A stretch of DNA of 64,000 nucleotides, from assembly GCA_965229675.1 (NCBI GenBank), contig OZ245897.1, positions 1,274,699 to 1,338,698 on the forward strand, read 5' to 3'. Of this stretch, positions 45,464 to 53,860 are shown in pieces; position 1 is the first letter of the stretch, and each line of letters begins with the position of its first letter. The translations under genes were made by a program, and so were the position numbers. The notes below the pieces were generated by a model. The model worked only from the letters and a program-made list of their open reading frames with translations, did no database searches and was not told the DNA's origin. The stretch comes from Alphaproteobacteria bacterium. Its GTDB lineage: Bacteria > Pseudomonadota > Alphaproteobacteria > CBDDJK01.

Positions 45464-47560
45464 TTAAGATGCGCGACGATTACGGCGATTACGCCGATTG
45501 CGTCCAGCGTCACCTGTATCATTTTGGCTTTGCGCTTCTTGTTTAGGAAGCTCGACATAATTGGATAAATGTACAGGTGCATCCGTTTTATGTGGAAAGG
45601 CCATTGCTTCAACAAAATGCTGTTGAAAATCAGGTTCAATCGCTGTTTCAATTTTCTCAATCATGGTGATTGTTTTATTCAAGGATGCGCGGGCTTTACG
45701 ATCCAATAATGCAATTCTGGCACCCGTGCCTGCGGCATTGCCAACAGGCTTAACCTGTTCAAGCACACAATCAGGGACAAGCCCAAGCACCAGCGCATAA
45801 AGTGGGTCGATACGGCTACCAAATGCGCCTGCAAGTATAATGCGCTTAGGGTAATCACCAAGACGCTGAATCAGTAATTTAGTTCCCGCATAAAGTGCCG
45901 CTTTTGCAAGCTGAATCGCACGAATATCGGCTTGTGTAACCGATACCTCAACATGTTCATCGCGTTCAGGCATAATCACATATTTATAGGTACGACCATC
46001 AGCCTGAATACGATCATTTTTATCCGCCAAATGTCCTTGAATGACCCCATCTTCATTGATAATCCCGCTTAAATACATCTCCCCAATCACTTCAATAATG
46101 CCTGAACCACAAATGCCTGAAATCCCAAAGCCTTGAATTGAATCTTCAAAACCATCTTGATCAGACCATAATTCACTACCAATCACAGAAAAGCGTGGCT
46201 CCAGCGTTTCTTTATCAATGCGTATACGTTCAATTGCGCCATTGGCGGCGCGTTGCCCGCTGCTGATCTGCGCACCTTCAAGGGCTGGGCCTGTTGGACT
46301 GGAACAGGCAAGTAAACGTTGTTTATTGCCAAGTACAATTTCAGCATTGGTTCCAACATCGACAATCAAAGTAACTTCATCGCGTGCTTGCGGGGCTTCT
46401 GAAAGGACAACGCCAGCCGCATCTGCGCCCACATGCCCTGCCACACAAGGCAAAAAGAATGCGCGCGCACCTGGATTCAAAACCTCCGTCAAGCCAAGTT
46501 CAACCGCCCATACGGAAACTGATTGATTGGTGGTAAGCGCAAAAGGTGCCCAACCCAATTCGCGTGGATCAACACCCAACATTAAATGATGCATCACGGG
46601 GTTCCCCACCAGCACCAATTCCAATATTCGATCAGGGGAAATATCGGCTTCCGCCGCAGCATCTGCAATTAATTCAACAAGGCGACCGCGTACTGCTTCG
46701 GTTAATTGTTCAGTTGCCCCTTCATTCATCATGATATAGGAGACACGACTCATTAAATCTTCACCAAAGCGGATTTGTGGGTTCATCCCGCCTGTTGAGC
46801 TTTCAACCTTCCCTGTGCGCAAATTGGTGATATGCACGGACATAGTGGTCGATCCTATATCAACCGCGACCCCATAAGCATGTTCTTGAAAATCAGGCCA
46901 GATTGCAACAATTTCCTTGCGATCATAAAGGGCAACCGTGACTTTCCAATTTCCATCGCGCAAGATTTTTTGTAAATTCTGTAAAATGGTAAGTGGGCAT
47001 TTTACATTACGAATCCCCCACTGAATTTGAAGGGCTTGGGTTAAGCGTTCTAAATCCCCTGAGGGATTGTGCATATCGGGTTCTGCAACTGCAATATAAT
47101 GAAGTGTAATGAGTGGATCGACACGGATTTTACGTTCTTCTGCACCTTTACGAATAATTTGACGATAAACTTGGGATTCTGGAGGCACATCAACAACCAA
47201 ATCCCCTGAAATACGACATTGACAACCAAGTCGCCGCCCAGATTTTAGGTCTTTTTTACTCTTATAAAATTCCTCTACCGAATTAAATTCATTCACATGA
47301 TCAGGTTCAGATTTAATATTATGTTTGGCAAAATCACCAAAACTTGGGGTAATTTGGCAACGCCCACATATACCGCGCCCACCACATAAGGAATCAAGAT
47401 CAACACCAAGCCGCCTTGCCGCCGTTAAAACGGGTGTTCCAACGGGAAACATGCCGCGTTTGCCTGAAGGGGTGAAGACAAGCTGTGCCATCCCCTCGCC
47501 TTCTATTTCTGATACGGATGAAGCTAGCAGGGGATCAAGCGGTTCTGTCTGTTCCGTCAT
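45464..47560 (-). CDS. RamA/RACo-type corrinoid reductive activator (2Fe-2S + ASKHA ATPase)
   Basis: CGGRGICGRC ferredoxin, DIGSTT, DVGTNAE, GICGSG, AGAFG, GNAAG. Confidence 0.9.
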   Translation of the reverse strand: MTEQTEPLDPLLASSVSEIEGEGMAQLVFTPSGKRGMFPVGTPVLTAARRLGVDLDSLCGGRGICGRCQITPSFGDFAKHNIKSEPDHVNEFNSVEEFYKSKKDLKSGRRLGCQCRISGDLVVDVPPESQVYRQIIRKGAEERKIRVDPLITLHYIAVAEPDMHNPSGDLERLTQALQIQWGIRNVKCPLTILQNLQKILRDGNWKVTVALYDRKEIVAIWPDFQEHAYGVAVDIGSTTMSVHITNLRTGKVESSTGGMNPQIRFGEDLMSRVSYIMMNEGATEQLTEAVRGRLVELIADAAAEADISPDRILELVLVGNPVMHHLMLGVDPRELGWAPFALTTNQSVSVWAVELGLTEVLNPGARAFFLPCVAGHVGADAAGVVLSEAPQARDEVTLIVDVGTNAEIVLGNKQRLLACSSPTGPALEGAQISSGQRAANGAIERIRIDKETLEPRFSVIGSELWSDQDGFEDSIQGFGISGICGSGIIEVIGEMYLSGIINEDGVIQGHLADKNDRIQADGRTYKYVIMPERDEHVEVSVTQADIRAIQLAKAALYAGTKLLIQRLGDYPKRIILAGAFGSRIDPLYALVLGLVPDCVLEQVKPVGNAAGTGARIALLDRKARASLNKTITMIEKIETAIEPDFQQHFVEAMAFPHKTDAPVHLSNYVELPKQEAQSQNDTGDAGRNRRNRRNRRAS

Positions 47561-47610
47561 AAGCTAGCCCCTCCAATTATGAATCTATGATTTTACAATA
47601 ACGATATAAA

Positions 47611-48525
47611 TTATGCCGCTGCACGACGCCGACGATTCCCACGCTCGCCACGCGCACCACGTGGTTCACTGCCCTCCGCTGTGGGTTCACGAAAGCGTTT
47701 AATCCATCTTGTGCAATCAGGATCATGACCTGCAACAACATCTGCGCCCCAGATCGCGTGCAATTCTGGATCATGTAATGGGTTCATAATGGCAGATGTC
47801 ATACCCGCACCCACCGCCATCGATAAAAAGGCAGCATTCAGCCCATGACGATTTGGCAAACCAAAACTTAAATTGGAAGCCCCACAAGTTGTATTAACTT
47901 TTAATTCTTCACGCAACCGCCGAATGAGGTTTAAAGCCCCAACCCCCGCTTGATTTAACGCACCAATGGGCATAACCAACGGGTCAATTACAATATCGCA
48001 AGACGGAATGCCATAATCAGCCGCATGATCAACAATTTTCTTTGCAACTTGATAGCGCACATCAGGGTCTTCGGAAATTCCCGTTTCATCATTGGAAATC
48101 CCAACAACCGCACAATTATATTTCTTAACAAGCGGCAATACAGCTTCAAGCCGTTCTTCTTCACCTGTAACCGAATTTAGCAATGGCCGCCCTTCATAGG
48201 CTTCCAAACCAGCTTCCAACGCCGCCACGATTGAAGAATCAATGCTAAGTGGGGCATCGGTTAAAGACTGCACCAGCTTAATCGCTTTTGCAAGAATGTC
48301 AGGTTCATCGGCAAGTGGGATTCCTGCATTAACATCCAACATTTGCGCCCCAGCATTAACTTGTGCCAGCGTATCGGCTTCAACGGTTGAAAAATCATAA
48401 AGTTTCATCTCTGCGGCAAGTTTCTTGCGCCCAGTTGGGTTAATCCGCTCCCCAATAATTGTAAACGGCTGATCAAAGCCAAGAATATGGGTTTTGGTTT
48501 TCGATTCAAGGATCGTTCTTGTCAT
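47611..48525 (-). CDS. Methyltetrahydrofolate:corrinoid methyltransferase (stand-alone pterin-binding MetH module)
   Basis: IIGERINPTG, LDVNAG, SIDSS, GASNLSFGLP; probable start 48525. Confidence 0.9.
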   Translation of the reverse strand: MTRTILESKTKTHILGFDQPFTIIGERINPTGRKKLAAEMKLYDFSTVEADTLAQVNAGAQMLDVNAGIPLADEPDILAKAIKLVQSLTDAPLSIDSSIVAALEAGLEAYEGRPLLNSVTGEEERLEAVLPLVKKYNCAVVGISNDETGISEDPDVRYQVAKKIVDHAADYGIPSCDIVIDPLVMPIGALNQAGVGALNLIRRLREELKVNTTCGASNLSFGLPNRHGLNAAFLSMAVGAGMTSAIMNPLHDPELHAIWGADVVAGHDPDCTRWIKRFREPTAEGSEPRGARGERGNRRRRAAA

Positions 48526-48638
48526 AATCCAGCATAACTCCATGATTTAAGGAAAAAAGAATAAGGAAAGCCTCCACCCTTATATAATTACGATATTAGC
48601 GTTAGTAAAGCATTGTGATTTTTTTGAAAACGCCGTTT

Positions 48639-49595
48639 TTATCGCAAAATACGACGGGTCAACCGCCCGTCAACAATGATCAAACCAAACATAATCAGCC
48701 CTAATCCCAACCATTCATTTAAGGTTAAGGATTCATTCAGAAAAATTGCGCCAAGTGCCATCGCGCTTAACGGCACAAGCATGGTTACCAAAGTTGTGTT
48801 GGTTGCGCCCACCAAAGATAATAATTTAAAATAAATCAAATAAGCCATCGCCGTACAAAAAACCGCAAGCGTTAATAAGCTAAATAATGGATTAAGCGTC
48901 ATATCAAGCAAAGTTGGGATTAGGCTTAACAGTCCATCCGAAAAAATAATAATTCCTAGCGTCAAAACAAATGTGGAAGCCGTAAGCTGTCCAGTAGCGG
49001 CCATAATCGGCTTAATGCCTTGTTTTGCAAAACGCCGTCCCCATATCGCCGCCATTCCATAAGCAAAAGAGGCACCAAGGCAAGCTATCATTCCTTCAAT
49101 ACGTGAGAAATCCAAAGCATTGCCAGCAGGCAGAAGCATCAATATAACCCCCATAAAAGCCGTAATGATGCCAAGCAACTTGCCAAGATGAATCCGATCA
49201 TCATCAGTAAATAAATGGCCAAAAATTAAAGCAAAGAACGGTGTTGTTGCGTTTAAAATCGCTGCAAGTGAACCACTAATCTGACTTTGTCCGAATGAAA
49301 GCAAATAAAAAGGAATGGCATTATTTAAAATTCCCATGATTAAGCAGGTTTGCCAAAACGCAGTATTTTTAATGGGAATAGGAATGCGATAGACTAAACA
49401 AACGATCCATAAAGTAACAGCCGCAAAGCCAACGCGATAGAAAACTAGATATAAGGGCGGCAAGACCTCCACCACAACTTCAATAAAATAAAATGATCCA
49501 CCCCATATAAAAGATAAAAATCCTAATAATAGCCAACCAAAAAGGGACACAGACTTTTGACTGGGGGATAAATCAGGTGTTGCGCTTGGTTTCAT
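48639..49595 (-). CDS. DMT/EamA family transporter
   Basis: About 10 TM, WGGSF, NNAIPF, ILNATTP. Confidence 0.9.
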   Translation of the reverse strand: MKPSATPDLSPSQKSVSLFGWLLLGFLSFIWGGSFYFIEVVVEVLPPLYLVFYRVGFAAVTLWIVCLVYRIPIPIKNTAFWQTCLIMGILNNAIPFYLLSFGQSQISGSLAAILNATTPFFALIFGHLFTDDDRIHLGKLLGIITAFMGVILMLLPAGNALDFSRIEGMIACLGASFAYGMAAIWGRRFAKQGIKPIMAATGQLTASTFVLTLGIIIFSDGLLSLIPTLLDMTLNPLFSLLTLAVFCTAMAYLIYFKLLSLVGATNTTLVTMLVPLSAMALGAIFLNESLTLNEWLGLGLIMFGLIIVDGRLTRRILR

Positions 49596-49907
49596 TGAGG
49601 CTTATTCTTTTTTTATTATTAGTTTGATAATTAACCCTCTTAATAAAGGGTCGTTAAGCTATTGTCATTCCGTTTATTGCGTTTTTTGCAAGAAGATGGT
49701 CAGGAAATTATAAGGACGTAGCCTTTGTAGAATGACGGTTTAGAAAAATTTATAAATTTTGAAATTAAAAAAACAAGTAATGGCTATAAAACGAGTACAT
49801 TACATATTTTTCACAACCACTAATTATTACATATAAATAAATTTAAATCTTGTTTTTAAATTTATAGTGGTGTATATGTTGTTAGAGGTAGGAAAACATC
49901 AATATAG

Positions 49908-49926
49908 GTGATAACTAAAAATTATG
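49908..49926 (+). repeat. 19-bp inverted repeat, left copy (GTGATAACTAAAAATTATG), ending in the cfa ATG
   Basis: Exact reverse complement of 52234-52252. Confidence 0.95.
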
Positions 49927-51129
49927 AGCTATTTAGAAGACAAAAAAAATTATAAAGCCCCATCAAAAAAAACATTAGAAATAATGAAAAAACTTATTGG
50001 TGGGGATAATCAGTTAGCATTAAAATGGATGACAAAGGAAAACCAAAATAAAGCTTTAAGTAATGGTTATATAGCAACGCCTAATTTATTTAGATTTTTT
50101 TTGATGGCTTTGAAACCTGACTTTAAGATTCCCCATTATTATGTAAAAGGATATTGGGGATGTAGCTCAAAGCAATTATATCCCCTTCTTAGGGCTTATT
50201 ATAGTAAACAAGATTCTAGGATTATGAAAATTTACAAATTTATCGGTAATAAAAAACTATATCGAGATGGCTATCTTTATAATTTTTTTCCTCATAAAGT
50301 AAAAGAAAATATAGCTTTACATTATAACACAGATCCAGAATTTATGCGTTATATTCTTGATGAAAAGTTAATTTATACTTGCGCATTTTTTGATCACACA
50401 AACCAGACTTTATCCAAAGCTCAAGAAAATAAAATTAATATTGTTTCAGATCGGTTAAATATATCAAGTAGCGACTATGTTTTAGATCTTGGGTGTGGTT
50501 GGGGACAAGCCGCAGAAATGATTGCAACAAATAAGCAATGCCATGTCATGGGACTAAGTATTGCAGAAAAACAAATTAAATATGCCCGTGATAATTGTAA
50601 GACAAAAAATGAGTATATATGCTCAGATTATGCTTTATTAAACGAAAATAAAAAATTTGATAAAATTTACTCAATTGGTATGCTTGAACATATTGGAAAA
50701 AATAAGCATTTAGGATATTTTACAAAGATTGCAAATTTACTTGAAAATAATGGTCAAGCACTTGTTCATTGTATCGTTACGAGTGATTTAAGGGCAACTA
50801 ACGAGTGGATCGATAAAGAAATTTTTCCAGGGGCATATATGCCACAATTACAAGAAATTGTAAGTGCAATTGATAATAGTAAGCTAGAAATAGTACAACT
50901 TTTCACTCATGACAGAATAAATTATTTTACTACCCTCAAAAACTGGCTAAGTAATTTTTATAGTAACCTAGAAAAAATATACGATCATTTATCATTAGAG
51001 ATTAAATCGCATTCTGAACGATGTGAAATCTTAAGATTATGGGAATTTTATTTATGTGGTAGTATGATTGCATTTGATGATAATTTTGGCAGATGCAGAA
51101 ATGTTCAAATTCTTTTAAGGCATAAATGA
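49924..51129 (+). CDS. cfa: Cyclopropane-fatty-acyl-phospholipid synthase-like SAM methyltransferase
   Basis: NIALHY, YTCAFF, AQENK, VLDLGCGWG, SIGMLEHIG, WIDKEIFPG, RLWEFYL; visibly AT-rich. Confidence 0.85.
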   Translation: MSYLEDKKNYKAPSKKTLEIMKKLIGGDNQLALKWMTKENQNKALSNGYIATPNLFRFFLMALKPDFKIPHYYVKGYWGCSSKQLYPLLRAYYSKQDSRIMKIYKFIGNKKLYRDGYLYNFFPHKVKENIALHYNTDPEFMRYILDEKLIYTCAFFDHTNQTLSKAQENKINIVSDRLNISSSDYVLDLGCGWGQAAEMIATNKQCHVMGLSIAEKQIKYARDNCKTKNEYICSDYALLNENKKFDKIYSIGMLEHIGKNKHLGYFTKIANLLENNGQALVHCIVTSDLRATNEWIDKEIFPGAYMPQLQEIVSAIDNSKLEIVQLFTHDRINYFTTLKNWLSNFYSNLEKIYDHLSLEIKSHSERCEILRLWEFYLCGSMIAFDDNFGRCRNVQILLRHK

Positions 51130-52236
51130 TAAAATATTCACGCCTATAACTGCGCTAATTATACTGCTCAGAACAACAGAGGAAAGACTGTAAAGTGCGC
51201 CTATTAGTAAAGCATTGCAATAAGAAATATTCTTGTCACCTTTTTGTTTTACTTTTGAATAAAATGGAATAAAAACTGGTTTTGAACATAAATCTTCTAG
51301 CGTTGTTTTGTTTATTTTAAGATAACTCAGTCTGATTTTTATTTGATAAGATAATTGTAAAAAGAATGCTAAACTAAGAGCCATAAGTAAAACGAAAATT
51401 GTTGGAATAAATACTGTACCAGTAATTAATAGCTGCCCTGGAAAATACACGTTTAAAATACTATTTGCATCATTAGCACCTATGAAAGCATAAGGCCAAA
51501 GTGTGATATCTATAAATAAATAAGCTGTGTTTATAATTTCACCACTGGTTGACAAATTCACAGCCTCATAAGTATCTCTTTTAAAGTACCATAAAAAGCA
51601 CGAAATTACCTGACTAAAAATAAAACAAAAACCCGCAAAAAGTAAATCTTTCATCGTTATTAAAAATATTTTTGAAAGCGATTGGCTTTTGTTTTTAATA
51701 GCAATAATCTGATTAAGATTATTTAAAGAGTATCTTAAGGAAAAAAAGTCAAAAAAGCTATTGCTGAAAACATAGATAATTAAATAAGTAAACAAAGTAG
51801 TCTGGTTTTTTTCATAGCCATAAAAGGTATTTTCTAGCCCTTCAAAGCTCACAGGCCTACATAAAATTACTAGCGAACTGATATAAACCATATATATTGG
51901 TAAAAAGCGTCGAAATATTAGTGTGCTATTTTCGTTTACCCATTCTTGAGTGACATTTTCTTCAGGCGTTTTTTCACGGTTATTTCCGTTATGCCCAAAT
52001 AGGAATAGAATTAGTTTTCTAGGTATCGTGTATATTTGGTTGTAAACACTATCAAGATTTATATATTTTGCAGTTTTCTGATCCTTAATAGAGGATATGT
52101 ATTTATCCATGAGTGAAAGTGGACTTAACAATTTATGAATGAATAAAAAACCTGTGAAAACGAAAACACTCGAAATCATCAGTAAAACATAATAAAAGCC
52201 TTCTAACAGGTCATAAGAGTATAAATCATTAAGCAT
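51115..52236 (-). CDS. Hypothetical polytopic membrane protein
   Basis: 373-aa ORF with about 6-7 hydrophobic segments; 3' end overlaps cfa by 15 bp; AT-rich. Confidence 0.8.
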   Translation of the reverse strand: MLNDLYSYDLLEGFYYVLLMISSVFVFTGFLFIHKLLSPLSLMDKYISSIKDQKTAKYINLDSVYNQIYTIPRKLILFLFGHNGNNREKTPEENVTQEWVNENSTLIFRRFLPIYMVYISSLVILCRPVSFEGLENTFYGYEKNQTTLFTYLIIYVFSNSFFDFFSLRYSLNNLNQIIAIKNKSQSLSKIFLITMKDLLFAGFCFIFSQVISCFLWYFKRDTYEAVNLSTSGEIINTAYLFIDITLWPYAFIGANDANSILNVYFPGQLLITGTVFIPTIFVLLMALSLAFFLQLSYQIKIRLSYLKINKTTLEDLCSKPVFIPFYSKVKQKGDKNISYCNALLIGALYSLSSVVLSSIISAVIGVNILSFMP

Positions 52237-52252
52237 AATTTTTAGTTATCAC
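52234..52252 (-). repeat. 19-bp inverted repeat, right copy (CATAATTTTTAGTTATCAC on +), ending in the membrane-protein ATG
   Basis: Exact reverse complement of 49908-49926. Confidence 0.95.
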
Positions 52253-52258
52253 TAAAAA

Positions 52259-53158
52259 TTATAGTAAAGCGGTGATGTCTGCCTTTTTGATGATTGATTG
52301 TAATTGTGTTGTAGAGACATGGGTATAAATCTCGGTAACGGAGATACTGCTATGCCCAAGTAATTTTTGTACATGGCGGATGTCCACGCCTGTATCTAAT
52401 AAATGAGTAGCTGTGCTATGACGGATCATATGGGGGGTGATGCGACGGCTGATCCCCAGCTCATTTGTTAATTTGTGAATTTGCTCACGTATATAATTTG
52501 GATAAATGATCATTCCTTTTTTATTAATCAGCAAGCTATCTGTGATAGGCCTAAAATTTTTACGCAATTCTAAATAATCAATAAGCAGTCTTTTAATTTT
52601 ACCATTAGTCAAAAACACATGCCGTTCACGATTGCCTTTGCCCTTGATATTAATTTTTTCGTGACAATCATCGATGTCATTGATTGTGATGGCGCATAAT
52701 TCGCTGACACGGATACCCGTAGAATATAAAAGCAACAAAGCAAGAAGCAATGTATGATAGATTAAAACATCATTATGGATATATTTTTTATACGCACAAT
52801 GACGAACCAATTTTGATATAATTTCGGACGATAGATGACGGGGGAGTCTTTTTGGTTGAGTAATCGATAAAAAATTTCGTTTATGAAATGGATTTTGTGT
52901 TATATAATCTTGTTCTTCCAACCAAAAGAAAAATGTTTTCACACAGGCAATCCGCCGTTTAATACTGGTTGGTGCCAGATTTTTAAGGCGCATATGGCGT
53001 AGCCAAATTTCCAAACCTTCTTTTGTAAATAGCTGATCGGTGGCTAAGGATTGTCGATAATCCTTTAAATCTGTTTTATAAGCACGAAGCGAATGGTCTG
53101 ATAATCCTTTATCACGACAATATTGCAAATATAGGTTAACAATTTGATTTTTATCCAT
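52259..53158 (-). CDS. Xer-like tyrosine recombinase
   Basis: Complete catalytic set R (GIRVSEL), K (GKGNRER), HxxR (HMIRHS), H (LLGHS), Y (TEIYTHV); N-terminal core-binding domain (SLRAYKTDL). Confidence 0.95.
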   Translation of the reverse strand: MDKNQIVNLYLQYCRDKGLSDHSLRAYKTDLKDYRQSLATDQLFTKEGLEIWLRHMRLKNLAPTSIKRRIACVKTFFFWLEEQDYITQNPFHKRNFLSITQPKRLPRHLSSEIISKLVRHCAYKKYIHNDVLIYHTLLLALLLLYSTGIRVSELCAITINDIDDCHEKINIKGKGNRERHVFLTNGKIKRLLIDYLELRKNFRPITDSLLINKKGMIIYPNYIREQIHKLTNELGISRRITPHMIRHSTATHLLDTGVDIRHVQKLLGHSSISVTEIYTHVSTTQLQSIIKKADITALL

Positions 53159-53281
53159 AAATTTAGCCCTTTGAAAATTTATTACTTTTCAAAAGGCTTT
53201 AATTTATGCCATGTTATACCGCAAGCTGATATGAAGAAGGGGGTAAAAAATTCTTTTATTTCACTTGGTTTTAATTTTAAA

Positions 53282-53776
53282 TCAGCTTAATTTTATCTCT
53301 TTGATTTGCATTGAAACAATCTTTCCATTGTCTAATGTGTGCGTTCCAAGTTCAATAAAACCATGTTTTTTATGAAAACCAAGGGAGTGTTCGTTAGGAG
53401 GAACCAAATTCATTTCTGCGGCCATCGTCAGGCAATTTCGCTCGTGTGCTAACTTTGCGATATGTGCATATAATTTACCGCCTAGCCCCTTACCTCTTCC
53501 CATTTTGGAGATTACAATTCGGTCTATATAAATAAAGCGGCCTAAACGTTGCTTAAACCAATTGAAATTACCATTTTCATAAGAACATTCCTGTTCCATT
53601 ACTAATATAAACCCAATAATCGCTTCATCTTTTTCTGCAACAATACAATTTGCGCCAATATCAATCAGATGTGTTAGTCTATCAATATCCATAGGACTGG
53701 TAAGCGCAACGACTTCATCATTTAACTTGATGATTGCTGAATAATTTTCTGACATTGCATCGCGAAGGGTAATCAT
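53282..53776 (-). CDS. GNAT family N-acetyltransferase
   Basis: YIDRIVI..GRGKGLG, PPNEHSLGFH. Confidence 0.88.
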   Translation of the reverse strand: MITLRDAMSENYSAIIKLNDEVVALTSPMDIDRLTHLIDIGANCIVAEKDEAIIGFILVMEQECSYENGNFNWFKQRLGRFIYIDRIVISKMGRGKGLGGKLYAHIAKLAHERNCLTMAAEMNLVPPNEHSLGFHKKHGFIELGTHTLDNGKIVSMQIKEIKLS

Positions 53777-53860
53777 TGCGTATCCCCCATTATTATGCTT
53801 AAAGTTAATTTTAAAATTGTTAAGAAAAAGTTTTTAAAAAAGGATTATAACGAATAGGCC

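Noticed and set aside
52259-53158. Recombinase as integron integrase, prophage integrase or housekeeping xerC/xerD
   Set aside because: No IntI-specific insertion or attC cassettes, no phage genes or flanking direct repeats seen; the AT-rich context and adjacent inverted sites fit a local invertase better
53794-53803. TTATGCTTAA resembling one arm of the right recombination site
   Set aside because: The spacer and other arm are absent; likely chance in AT-rich DNA
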